The position numbers and the translations under genes were made by a program. The notes under the pieces are model-generated. The model searched no databases. It was not told where the DNA came from and saw nothing but the letters and a program-made list of their open reading frames with translations. DNA of 64,000 nt from Waterburya sp. (GTDB lineage Bacteria > Cyanobacteriota > Cyanobacteriia > Cyanobacteriales > Xenococcaceae), in contig CBDCJV010000002.1 in assembly GCA_965217895.1 (NCBI GenBank), positions 864,001 to 928,000 of the forward strand, read 5' to 3'. Each line of letters opens with the position of its first letter. Position 1 is the first letter of the stretch. Positions 19,482 to 29,155 of the stretch are shown one piece after another.

Positions 19482-20612
19482 ATGGATATAGTTGATTTTT
19501 TAAATGTATCAATTCACAACATCACTACTGCTGAGTTGTTGCAAGATTTGAACATTAATGGTGGGGTTGTGGTGACTCCAAATGTCGATCATTTAGTTAA
19601 AATACAAAGCGATCGCGAATTGCTCAAGGCTTATTATCATGCAGATTATCGAGTTTGTGATAGCAAAGTTCTGCAATATATTTCTTTGTTATTAGGTAGT
19701 CCAATCAAAGAAAAAATTTCGGGTTCTGATTTATTTCCCGCCTTTTATGAATACAACAAAGATAACGAAGATGTTCGCATATTTCTTTTAGGTGCCAAAG
19801 AAGGAATTGCTCAACAAGCATTAGTTAATATTAATCAAAAAGTGGGCAGAGAAATAGTAGTAGCTGCTCATTCTCCTTCTTTCGGCTTTGAACAAGATGA
19901 ACAAGAATGCCAGGCTATTATTGAACTCATAAATCATTCTGATGCTACGGTTTTAGCCGTGGGAGTTGGCGCACCCAAACAAGAAAAATGGATTGCTAAG
20001 TACCGAGATCGATTACCAAAAATAAAAATATTTCTGGCTATTGGCGCAACCATTGACTTTGAAGCGGGAAATGTTAAGCGATCGCCTAAAATAATGAGCG
20101 AGATGGGCTTAGAATGGTTATATCGTCTTTCTAGCGAACCTAATCGCCTCTGGAAAAGATATTTAATTGATAGCCTACCTTTATTTTATTTAGTAGGAAA
20201 ACAACGATTTCATCAATATAGATTTTCGCCTCAATTACAAACAGAAAATTTGCCTTTAGGAGAACTTTTACTTCAGGCGGGTTTGTTATCCCCCCAAAAT
20301 ATTAGACAGACTCTAAAACTTCAACAACAATACGCAGATTATCGTTTTGGCGAAATTTTAATTCAAGAAGGTTATCTTCCTTCAAAAACAGTTGGCTTTT
20401 TTGTGAATGAGCTACCAACGCTAGTTCACTCCCATGATAAGCTACGTTTGGGAGACTATTTAAACAATGCAGGACTTCTTTTGCCCGAACAAATCAGCGA
20501 TACTTTGCAGCAGCAATCTTTAACACATCGCAAATTTGGCGAAATCATCACTCAAAAAGGCTGGGTTAATCCCCGAACTCTTGATTGGTTTGTCAATTTA
20601 CAGCATGGGTAA
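19482..20612 (+). CDS. WecB/TagA/CpsF glycosyltransferase with C-terminal MshEN-like repeats
   Basis: TPNVDH, SGSDL, GVGAPKQEKW, GLEWLYRL; C-terminal LGELLLQAGLL / RFGEILIQEG / RLGDYLNNAGLL / KFGEIITQKG. Confidence 0.85.
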   Translation: MDIVDFLNVSIHNITTAELLQDLNINGGVVVTPNVDHLVKIQSDRELLKAYYHADYRVCDSKVLQYISLLLGSPIKEKISGSDLFPAFYEYNKDNEDVRIFLLGAKEGIAQQALVNINQKVGREIVVAAHSPSFGFEQDEQECQAIIELINHSDATVLAVGVGAPKQEKWIAKYRDRLPKIKIFLAIGATIDFEAGNVKRSPKIMSEMGLEWLYRLSSEPNRLWKRYLIDSLPLFYLVGKQRFHQYRFSPQLQTENLPLGELLLQAGLLSPQNIRQTLKLQQQYADYRFGEILIQEGYLPSKTVGFFVNELPTLVHSHDKLRLGDYLNNAGLLLPEQISDTLQQQSLTHRKFGEIITQKGWVNPRTLDWFVNLQHG

Positions 20613-20834
20613 ATAAAGTGCTTCGCCCTAGCTATAAGCCGCAAGCTAAGAGGGTTTCGTAATCCCCATCAAAATTAAGGTTTTGAAGAGTAAGTAGTTG
20701 GTAGTTTGTCGTAGGTAGTTTCCCGACTAATAACTACTTACTTAAAAAGCTTACAGCTATTGAACTAAAACCTAGATTAAATTTATGCAGCCAATAGATA
20801 TAATACAAGCAATTATTCAACATCTATTCAGATT

Positions 20835-21197
20835 TTAACTATTCATTATTTGACAATAATTAATTAATTTAGCAACTCGCTCTTTGATACTTTGTAATCG
20901 TTTATCAAGAGTAGAGCTTTGGCGTGCAGAAGCCAAAAACAAAATATCTGTAGCTAATAACTTAAATTCGCGCTTGATTTCGGTTTGTACCGACTGCCAT
21001 CTCAGAATAACATCTTGTTCTAAATTTTCACCCTCAAGCTCGGCAATATTCCTATCAAACCATGGCTGTAAATGCTGAAACTGCTGTTTTATCTGCAATT
21101 GGTTAACCTCTTCTTCAGAATTAATTAAGAAGCCGTTGAACTTTGTTAACAAATTCGAGAAATCCTGATATGCTCGATGATGTGATGCAGGCAACAT
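20835..21197 (-). CDS. patD: PatD-family protein (heterocyst frequency control protein homologue)
   Basis: MLPASH...WQSVQTEIKREFKLLATDILFLASARQ; divergent from relA/spoT; start taken at the internal ATG 21197. Confidence 0.75.
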   Translation of the reverse strand: MLPASHHRAYQDFSNLLTKFNGFLINSEEEVNQLQIKQQFQHLQPWFDRNIAELEGENLEQDVILRWQSVQTEIKREFKLLATDILFLASARQSSTLDKRLQSIKERVAKLINYCQIMNS

Positions 21198-21516
21198 TAT
21201 TAGCTTTATAATTTTAAGATAAGGTAAAATTCTAATAAGTGGGCTTGACTTTTTAGTTGGTTTAACATCTGAAAAATATCCTACCAATATAGATATTTAC
21301 CTTTTAAGAAATACACTTAATTTTATATCTCAGTAACAAAAAAGGTAGCAAGCTTAGTCCATACTTTAGTTTAGCTTTAAGCGTATGGCTGTTATTTAAG
21401 CTACCCAAATCAGATTTTAAAATGTTTTTTTAAAATGTTTCGGCAAAAATAGCATAAATCAAAGGTTTTCTCACTTTATCTCGTCCTTACACACTTAACT
21501 TATAATCTTAAAATCT

Positions 21517-23769
21517 ATGACCGCTATTTCTATCTCTATCATAGAAAGCAAATCTAACAAAGTTGAGCTTCCTCGCTGGTTAGAAGAATGTTTGCTCAAT
21601 CAGCATTCAGACCACTCAGAGCCAGATGCGACTTTAATTTGCCGTGCATTTAATTTCGCTTATGAGTTACATGAAGGACAGCTTCGTAAATCGGGAGAGC
21701 CTTATATTGCCCATCCCATAGCAGTAGCTAGTCTGTTGCGAAATTTGGGCGGAGATAGTGTAACTATTGCTGCGGGTTTCCTTCATGACGTGGTAGAAGA
21801 CACTGAAGTAACCCCAGAAGAAATTGAAGAAATGTTTGGGGGACAAGTAAGGCAGCTAGTTGAAGGAGTAACCAAGCTATCTAAATTTAACTTTTCTAGC
21901 ACCACTGAACGTCAGGCTGAAAACTTTCGACGAATGTTTTTGGCAATGGCAACGGATATCCGCGTCATTGTAGTCAAACTAGCAGACAGACTGCATAACA
22001 TGAGGACTCTAGATCATCTAAAACCTGAAAAACAACGACGCATCAGCCAAGAAACCAGAGAAATTTTTGCTCCTTTGGCAAATAGATTAGGTATTGGTCG
22101 CTTTAAGTGGGAACTAGAAGATTTATGCTTTAAATACCTAGAACCAGATGACTATAATCAAATTAAGGCGTTAATTGCCGAAAGAAGAACCGATCGCGAA
22201 GCGAGAGTTACTCAAGTTACGGAGACATTGCGATCGCGCTTAGAGCAGTTAAAAGTCAATGTGGTAGAGCTAAAGGGGCGACCCAAACATCTTTACGGCA
22301 TTTATCAAAAAATGCAGCGACAGCAAAAGGAATTTAGTCAGATCTATGACATTGCTGCCTTTAGAATTATTGTGGAAACCAACGAGGAATGTTACCGCGC
22401 CTTGGCGGTAGTTCACGATGCTTTCAAACCCATCCCAGGACGTTTTAAAGACTATATTGGATTACCCAAACCTAATCGTTATCAGTCTTTACATACTACT
22501 GTAGTTGGCTTAAATGGTCGTCCGATTGAGATCCAAATTCGCACCCTAGAAATGCACCAAATAGCCGAATACGGGATCGCAGCTCACTGGAAATACAAAG
22601 AGACAGGCACAAGCAACCCAGAGCTATCTTCTGAGGATACCAAATTTACTTGGCTGCGCCAGCTATTAGAATGGCAAAAAGATCTTAATGACGCTCAGGA
22701 ATACATGGAGAGCGTCAAAGATAATCTATTTGAAGATGATGTTTATGTCTTTACTCCCGATGGCGATGTAGTCTCTCTCGCTCAAGGAGCAACTCCTGTT
22801 GATTTCGCCTATCGCATTCATAGCGAAATTGGCAATCATATGAAGGGAGCGAGGGTTAACGGTCGCTGGTCGATGCTCTCAAAACCCCTAGAAAACGGCG
22901 ATATTGTCGAGATTGTTACTCAGAAAAACAGCCGTCCTAGTTTAGACTGGCTCAACTTTGTTGTCTCCCCAACAGCTCGTAACCGTATCCGTCAATGGTA
23001 CAAGCGATCTCACCGTGATGAAAACATCATCAGAGGTAGAGATTTATTAGAAAAAGAAATGGGCAAAAGTGGTTTTGATGCTTTGCTCAAGTCTGAGACA
23101 ATGCAAACTGTAGCACAACGCTGTAACTATCATTCTGTAGAAGACTTACTTGCGGCTTTAGGATATGGCGAAATTACTCAAAACCATGTAGTTAACCGCT
23201 GGCGAGATGTTGTCAAAGAGCAGCAGCCCATAGAAGAGGCAGAAATTATCACCGAAGAAGAGGTGGAGATTTCTAACTACACATCAAACAATGTTACAAG
23301 CAAAGGAAAATCTCCAATCATTGGCGTAGAGGGAATGCTTTATCATATCGCGGGATGTTGTAAACCTTTGCCAGGAGAATCGATTATTGGCGCAGTAACT
23401 TTAAGCTCTAGAGGCATTTCAATTCACACTCAGGGTTGTCATAACGTCAAAAAAGTTCCAGGAGAGCGGATTATTCCTGTTGATTGGAATACTCAAGGAG
23501 AGCCAGGAAAGCCTTTTACCTACCCTGTAGATATTCAAATTGAGGCAATGGATCGAGTGGGAGTTTTAAAGGATATTTTAGCCCGTCTAAGCGATCGCGG
23601 TATTAATGTGCGTAATGCAGGGGTGAAAACTGGTCGCAACAAGCCTGCCTTAATTTCTTTGAGTTTGGATATCAGGGATCGCCAGCAGCTAGAGTATATT
23701 TTCCAGGGCATTAAAAGTATGAGCGATACTTTACACATTCGTCGCGTAATTGATTCAGGCGATCGCTAA
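21517..23769 (+). CDS. spoT: Bifunctional (p)ppGpp synthetase/hydrolase RelA/SpoT
   Basis: RKSGEPYIAHP, HDVVEDT, KLADRLHNMRTL, YQSLHT, TGS and ACT domains. Confidence 0.95.
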   Translation: MTAISISIIESKSNKVELPRWLEECLLNQHSDHSEPDATLICRAFNFAYELHEGQLRKSGEPYIAHPIAVASLLRNLGGDSVTIAAGFLHDVVEDTEVTPEEIEEMFGGQVRQLVEGVTKLSKFNFSSTTERQAENFRRMFLAMATDIRVIVVKLADRLHNMRTLDHLKPEKQRRISQETREIFAPLANRLGIGRFKWELEDLCFKYLEPDDYNQIKALIAERRTDREARVTQVTETLRSRLEQLKVNVVELKGRPKHLYGIYQKMQRQQKEFSQIYDIAAFRIIVETNEECYRALAVVHDAFKPIPGRFKDYIGLPKPNRYQSLHTTVVGLNGRPIEIQIRTLEMHQIAEYGIAAHWKYKETGTSNPELSSEDTKFTWLRQLLEWQKDLNDAQEYMESVKDNLFEDDVYVFTPDGDVVSLAQGATPVDFAYRIHSEIGNHMKGARVNGRWSMLSKPLENGDIVEIVTQKNSRPSLDWLNFVVSPTARNRIRQWYKRSHRDENIIRGRDLLEKEMGKSGFDALLKSETMQTVAQRCNYHSVEDLLAALGYGEITQNHVVNRWRDVVKEQQPIEEAEIITEEEVEISNYTSNNVTSKGKSPIIGVEGMLYHIAGCCKPLPGESIIGAVTLSSRGISIHTQGCHNVKKVPGERIIPVDWNTQGEPGKPFTYPVDIQIEAMDRVGVLKDILARLSDRGINVRNAGVKTGRNKPALISLSLDIRDRQQLEYIFQGIKSMSDTLHIRRVIDSGDR

Positions 23770-23787
23770 ATGGTATATGGCACTTGT

Positions 23788-23919
23788 TTATAGCCAGCCT
23801 AGGTAATTGCCAATCATCAGCCCCAGACCGACCCCTGCCAAAGCACTAAAAGCAGTTGGCAGAAAAGACCAATTGTTGTGGTTATATAAACGAGTCTGGT
23901 ATTTGTGGTTAGTAATCAT
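23788..23919 (-). CDS. Putative small single-TM protein (43 aa)
   Basis: Manual ORF MITNHKYQTRLYNHNNWSFLPTAFSALAGVGLGLMIGNYLGWL*. Confidence 0.4.
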   Translation of the reverse strand: MITNHKYQTRLYNHNNWSFLPTAFSALAGVGLGLMIGNYLGWL

Positions 23920-24145
23920 GTTAATAAACTCTTTTTAGTTCAACTGATTACATCCTAAATATGCTCGACACTAGATAGTGTGATCTACTGCATACTAGTA
24001 GAGAGATTGTCCTCACATTTTAGTTTATTCATAAGTTTGTCGTTTATCTCAAAAAAACTACAAACTACATACTACCTACTACTAACTTCTTAACAGTTAA
24101 ATAACCTAACCCAACAGGATTTAGTCTCAGTAATTTTATACTTGT

Positions 24146-24160
24146 TGACAATATTTTTCA
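24146..24160. promoter_or_regulatory. Possible Fur-box-like site upstream of the phosphatase-porin pair
   Basis: TGACAAT-A-TTTTTCA versus the 7-1-7 consensus TGATAAT-N-ATTATCA (3 mismatches); AT-rich background lowers significance. Confidence 0.3.
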
Positions 24161-24208
24161 TTAAATGTATTCTGAAAAGTCTGAATACTAATAAGAACTA
24201 TTATCAAT

Positions 24209-24931
24209 ATGAAATCCGTAAAATTATTTTTAGCACTTAGTTTAGCTACTAGTGTTGGTCTATCTGGCACGGCAATAGTTAATGCTGATGAATCGAGAGA
24301 AGTAAGCACTTTCCTGATGGCAGAAGGTGGCGAAGGCGGGGAAGGTGAGACAGAACTTAGTCCTGGAGAACAGGCAAACGAAGATTTTCAGGACAAAATG
24401 AGTAGTGAAGAACTATTGAGTGAGCTACAAAATGGTGGTTATGTAATCTATTTCCGACACGCCCAAACAGAAACAGATTACGCCGATCAAATTAAAGCAG
24501 ATGTCAATGACTGTGCGACTCAACGAGTTCTTAGTGAAGAAGGTTGGCAACAAGCAATATTAATTGGCGATACTTTTGACGCTGCCGAAATACCTATTGG
24601 AAAAGTAACTACCAGCGAATATTGTCGTGCTTGGGAAACCGCTAGTTTAGCTTTTGGTCAATACCAGAAAGATTCTGCACTTAACTTTCTGCCTTTTGAA
24701 GACTACACCGATGAACAAGTAGAGCAAATGAAAGCTAATGTCACTCCTTTTCTAACTGCTGTACCTGAAACTGGAACTAATAATATCATCGTCGGACACG
24801 ATGACATATTTGAGGCAGCAACAGGCATTTATCCCGATCCTCAAGGAATGGCTTATGTGCTTAAACCAGATGGTGACGGTGGTTTTGAGGTTATTGCCAA
24901 TATGCTCCCTGAAGAGTGGGCAGAATTGTAA
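24209..24931 (+). CDS. Secreted histidine-phosphatase-superfamily protein with EGGEGGEG motif
   Basis: Signal peptide, YFRHAQT (RH motif), SEYCRAWET, IVGH. Confidence 0.8.
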   Translation: MKSVKLFLALSLATSVGLSGTAIVNADESREVSTFLMAEGGEGGEGETELSPGEQANEDFQDKMSSEELLSELQNGGYVIYFRHAQTETDYADQIKADVNDCATQRVLSEEGWQQAILIGDTFDAAEIPIGKVTTSEYCRAWETASLAFGQYQKDSALNFLPFEDYTDEQVEQMKANVTPFLTAVPETGTNNIIVGHDDIFEAATGIYPDPQGMAYVLKPDGDGGFEVIANMLPEEWAEL

Positions 24932-24960
24932 TAAGCTAGAAAACGTCGATCCCAGCGCAG

Positions 24961-24996
24961 CAGCTTCAGAAAAGGCGATCGCCTTTTCTGAAGCTG
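24961..24996. repeat. Perfect 36-bp palindrome centred on HIP1
   Basis: CAGCTTCAGAAAAGGCGA|TCGCCTTTTCTGAAGCTG. Confidence 0.95.
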
Positions 24997-25059
24997 AAAA
25001 TAGACTGGGCATTGCTCAGTAACGAGAATCAGAATCATTAGCGTAATTTTATTTAGTGT

Positions 25060-26733
25060 GTGAGGATAATCATGAAGAATATTTTGGTCAAAACCGCTCC
25101 TATTATTTTTGCGGCATTAGTTACAGGGATTTATGGCAATCCTGCCCAAGCCGAAACAAACGAGCTTATCGATCAGATCGAAAAATACGACCAAGAAGGC
25201 AAAGGCAATGGTATGGGGCAGGTAACTAACGTCAATCAGCTACGGGATGTATCGCCTACAGACTGGGCTTATGAAGCCTTAAGAAGTTTGGTAGATCGTT
25301 ATGGTTGCATTGCTGGCTATCCCAACCAAACCTATCGGGGCAACCAATCCCTAACTCGTTATGAGTTTGCTGCGGGCTTAAACTCCTGTTTAAATCAAAT
25401 TGAACGCCTAATTGCTTCTCAGGGATCTGTAAGTCAAGAAGATATTGATACCATTAATCGTCTATCTCAGGAATTTGAGGCAGAGTTAGCAACTTTAGGT
25501 GGCAGAGTTGATGAAATCGAGAGTCGTACAGCAGTATTAGAAGACAATCAGTTTTCTGCTACTACTAAGTTAGAGGGAGAAGTAGTATTTGGTCTTGCTA
25601 GCGTAGTAGCAGGTTCTAATCAAGAACTTATCGCCACAACTGGTGATGATAAAATTGATCGAGTACCTGTATTTGGTTATCGTACCCGTTTAGAGTTAAA
25701 TAGCAGCTTTACTGGTGAAGATTTACTGTTTACTCGTTTATCTACGGGCAATTTTCCTGAGTTGTCCGATACCACAGGCACATTTGAGGGAGAATTAGCT
25801 TTTGCCCAACCTGATGATAATAATTTAGCTTTAGAAGTTCTATTTTACGATCGCCCGATTGGCAAAAATACTAATGTCCTAATTGGTGCGACAGGACTAA
25901 AAGCTGATGATATTGCTGATACCGTAAGTGTTCTCGATGGTGATGGGGCTTCGGGGGCAATTTCTGCCTTTGGTACTCGTAGCCCTATTTATTATCCTCC
26001 TGGAGAAACAGGCTTGGGTATCATTCATCGCTTTGGCGAGAAACTGGAGTTGAGCGCGGGTTATCTAGCAGGGGAAGCCAGCGATCCTGCTAATGGTAGT
26101 GGTTTATTTAATGGTTCATATAGTGCTTTGGGACAACTAACTATTACTCCTATTGAAAAGTTAAAAATTGCTCTAACCTACGTTAATGGTTATGACCAGA
26201 GCGATACTGGGGTAGGTAGCGATTTAGCCAACATTAAATCTTTAACCGCAGCAGGTGACGATGCCGATCCTCTTCAACCTGGAGTTTTTGAGGGTGGAGT
26301 GCCTACATCTAGCAATTCCTATGGCGCACAGTTTTCTTTTGCCTTGAGCGATCGCCTTGTGATTGGTGGTTGGGGTGGTTTAAGTAAAGTCAGGACTCTT
26401 GAGAGCTTTGTTGTCGATGGGCAAACTATAGAGCGAGGTAGTCAAGACATTTGGAACTGGGCAGCTACTTTAGCCTTTCCAGACTTGCTTAAAGAAGGCA
26501 GTATGGGCGGTATCATTGTTGGTATGGAACCCTGGGTAGCTAGTTCTACTATTAATGCCGATGGATTTGGTGAAGATGCCGAACAGTCCCTTCATGTCGA
26601 AGCTTTTTATCAGTATCAGCTAAGTGACAACATTGGCATAACTCCTGGTGTAATTTACGTCAACAAACCTGATAACAACGATAATAATGACGATTTAGTT
26701 ATTACTACCCTGCGGACTACCTTTACCTTTTAA
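25060..26733 (+). CDS. Cyanobacterial outer-membrane porin (SLH + OprB-like barrel; 'iron uptake porin' family)
   Basis: QLRDVSPTDWAYEAL...YGCIAGYP...TRYEFAAGLN, FSATTKLEGEV, C-terminal LRTTFTF. Confidence 0.92.
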   Translation: MRIIMKNILVKTAPIIFAALVTGIYGNPAQAETNELIDQIEKYDQEGKGNGMGQVTNVNQLRDVSPTDWAYEALRSLVDRYGCIAGYPNQTYRGNQSLTRYEFAAGLNSCLNQIERLIASQGSVSQEDIDTINRLSQEFEAELATLGGRVDEIESRTAVLEDNQFSATTKLEGEVVFGLASVVAGSNQELIATTGDDKIDRVPVFGYRTRLELNSSFTGEDLLFTRLSTGNFPELSDTTGTFEGELAFAQPDDNNLALEVLFYDRPIGKNTNVLIGATGLKADDIADTVSVLDGDGASGAISAFGTRSPIYYPPGETGLGIIHRFGEKLELSAGYLAGEASDPANGSGLFNGSYSALGQLTITPIEKLKIALTYVNGYDQSDTGVGSDLANIKSLTAAGDDADPLQPGVFEGGVPTSSNSYGAQFSFALSDRLVIGGWGGLSKVRTLESFVVDGQTIERGSQDIWNWAATLAFPDLLKEGSMGGIIVGMEPWVASSTINADGFGEDAEQSLHVEAFYQYQLSDNIGITPGVIYVNKPDNNDNNDDLVITTLRTTFTF

Positions 26734-26827
26734 ATTCTCAACGGCTCGATATATTTCAGCAGTTTTCAACAGCGTGGTTGGATATGCCGACGCAGGTTCG
26801 GCATCCCCCACGCTCAATTGGGTAGAC

Positions 26828-26951
26828 TATGGTCATTCCAATTAATTTCCTTATGGTAGTTTTGTATTGATTGTAAGGTTAAATATTATTTGCTACTTGC
26901 TACTTGCTACTTTTTTCAAAGATAATCTGGTTGCTATTTAAAACGACTATA
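26828..26951. mobile_element. MITE-like dispersed element (family A, copy 1)
   Basis: Begins TATGGTCATTCCAATTAATTTCCTTATG and ends CTGGTTGCTATTTAAAACGACTATA; homologous to 51335-51466; contains TGCTACT repeats. Confidence 0.6.
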
Positions 26952-27133
26952 CGTTCGGGATTAACTGATTTTTAGCTATTAGCTTCTTAATAAGCTCAAC
27001 AGGGCAAACCCCCGCAACGGTTTTGCCTCGCTACGCAGGTACTTTACTTAATTAAAGCTAAAAGCTAATGGCTAAAAGCTAAAAGCTAACGTAAAGTCGT
27101 CCTAGAATGGACTTGCGCTTTAAACCCAGAACG
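26952..27133. mobile_element. MITE-like element abutting the previous one
   Basis: Imperfect terminal inverted repeats CGTTCGGGATTAA / TTAAACCCAGAACG; internal AAAGCTA heptamer repeats. Confidence 0.45.
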
Positions 27134-27254
27134 ACGGTAATTGCTATCAAAAAAGCCGAAAAATTTTAGCCTATGTTAGAAACCGTACATATATAAAATA
27201 TGAAACCGTTAACAATGAAATTAAATAGAACAACTCAAGCTAGCTATTATCAAA

Positions 27255-27665
27255 ATGGTTACTAAACGGCTCTTAATTATTGACGATAACGAAGATAATA
27301 GGATACTAGTTCAATTGGCTCTCGAAATGAACTCTGATTGGGAAGTGTTAACAGCGATCGATGGAGTAGAAGGCATTACCAAAGCAGAGTCAGAACGACC
27401 TGATATTATTCTGTTAGATTTTATTATGCCAGATTTAGATGGATTAACTGTTTGTGAGATTTTGAAGTCTAATTTATTTACCTGTTCGATTCCCGTCATT
27501 TTTATGACAGCTATAACTCAAGCTAAGGTACTTTCTCAATTAGAAACTACTTTGGCTGAGGGCATAATCATTAAGCCTTTCGATATTACCAGCCTAAATT
27601 CCCAAATTATGCAAATATGTAATTTTGAAAGAGGGTGGAGTTTGAGCAAAATAGGGTTCAATTGA
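27255..27665 (+). CDS. Single-domain response regulator (CheY-like)
   Basis: LIIDD, DIILLDFIMPDLDG, FMTA, IIKPFD. Confidence 0.92.
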   Translation: MVTKRLLIIDDNEDNRILVQLALEMNSDWEVLTAIDGVEGITKAESERPDIILLDFIMPDLDGLTVCEILKSNLFTCSIPVIFMTAITQAKVLSQLETTLAEGIIIKPFDITSLNSQIMQICNFERGWSLSKIGFN

Positions 27666-27817
27666 CTTAAAATAAGCGAATCATAGGCTTTTGCTTTTCT
27701 AATCTATAGAATGCTCAAGTTTAGTTGAAGCTGGTGTCATAAACATTTTATGATCTTTCAGCTTGTTTAAAAAATTAACGGCATGAGATTGAAAAATTTG
27801 TTTTTCTCCTTGTACTG

Positions 27818-28567
27818 TTGGCTTTTTTCAGAAGCAGTATAATCAAGAGGAGATTTGCAATGTTTCGCGATCGCTCGAGTTCAGCTAATCGTCTCCTTGC
27901 AGCTTTGCCAGAGGTTGAATATCAACGTTTAGAGCCTCACTTAACCTCTGTCTCTCTTCCCATAGGAAAGGTTTTCTACGAAGCTTCAGAAAGGATTGAA
28001 ACCGTTTATTTTCCTAAGAAGGCACTAATTTCTTTGGTTTCTACTTTAAGCAACGGTTCGACTACTGAAATTAGTTTGGTTGGCGGCACGGGAATGATAG
28101 GACTGCCAGTTATTTTTGGCAACAACTATAGTCATAGTCGCGCCATAGTCCAAATGGCAGATGGTGCTATGAAAATTTCTGCCCTGGTTTTAAAACGGGA
28201 GTTTGATCGCGGCGGAGAATTGCAAAAGCGTTTGCTTATATATGCCGACACTAGACTAAAAGAGGTTGCTCAACTAGCAGTTTGTAATCGCCATCACACA
28301 ATTGAAGAAAGGCTTGCTCGTTGGCTACTGACTGTTCGAGATTTAACTCAATCCAATGAGCTACCGCTGACTCAGGAATTTATTGGTGATATGCTTGGGG
28401 TTCGTCGTTCTGGGGTGACTATAGCAGCAGGAACTTTACAAAAGGCAGGATTGATTCGTTACTCCCGTGGCACAATTAATATCCTGGATAACCAAGCTTT
28501 AGAAGACTCTGCCTGCGAGTGTTATCAGCTTTTTCACGATAACTTTTATCGGCAAGAAGAAAGTTAA
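27818..28567 (+). CDS. Crp/Fnr family transcriptional regulator
   Basis: NRLLAALP, CNRHHTIEERLARWLL, LTQEFIGDMLGVRRSGVT HTH; start probably the ATG at 27860. Confidence 0.92.
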   Translation: MAFFRSSIIKRRFAMFRDRSSSANRLLAALPEVEYQRLEPHLTSVSLPIGKVFYEASERIETVYFPKKALISLVSTLSNGSTTEISLVGGTGMIGLPVIFGNNYSHSRAIVQMADGAMKISALVLKREFDRGGELQKRLLIYADTRLKEVAQLAVCNRHHTIEERLARWLLTVRDLTQSNELPLTQEFIGDMLGVRRSGVTIAAGTLQKAGLIRYSRGTINILDNQALEDSACECYQLFHDNFYRQEES

Positions 28568-28611
28568 AACATAAAGCTTTTTTACCTTTAAAAGCTATAA
28601 GCTTTTGAAAT

Positions 28612-28916
28612 ACGCCTAATGTGAATCAAAAAAGGTTTATTCTATTCTTTCTTTATATTCTGAGATTTTATCTGTACAAACCATATTCAATCCTGGGGGA
28701 ACTTTCCCCCAGACCCCCTGTTGGAGACGTTACGCCGTCCCCAAACCCCTCACGTAAACATTAACCTTGATTTTTTTTCCAATTAACTACAGTCTCATTA
28801 TTCACATAAACGTTTAAATTTGCCTAAGTTTAATTTGAAGAGAAAATCTCTCTCTTCACTGATGCATTAAAGTTTTTAATGAGATAAGAGAGAACAGGTT
28901 GATTCACATCAGACGT
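28612..28916. mobile_element. MITE-like element (family B, copy 1)
   Basis: Ends ACGCCTAATGTGAAT / ATTCACATCAGACGT; internal GGGGAACTTTCCCCCAGACCCC matches the reverse complement of 59634-59656. Confidence 0.6.
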
Positions 28917-29155
28917 GAAATATTTTCGATTAAACTACACTACGAAAGAACAGCGAACAATGCTATTTTTCAAATGCTTTTGTCACAAAGGTTTCTGCTT
29001 ATCCCGAACTCAGCTTGCTTTAGGCTCTAAGCTCTTGAGTTTAATGCCCCCGACAAACCACGTTTGGTGGTTCATAATTAAGAGAAGATTAAAGCTTCTT
29101 CGGTCTTATGCTTATAACTTGTGGCTTATAGCTTATAGCTTATAGCTTTGCTCGT

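Noticed and set aside
28915..29145. 76-aa ORF
   Set aside because: Overlaps a MITE end, an IS982-like end and heptamer repeats; likely spurious
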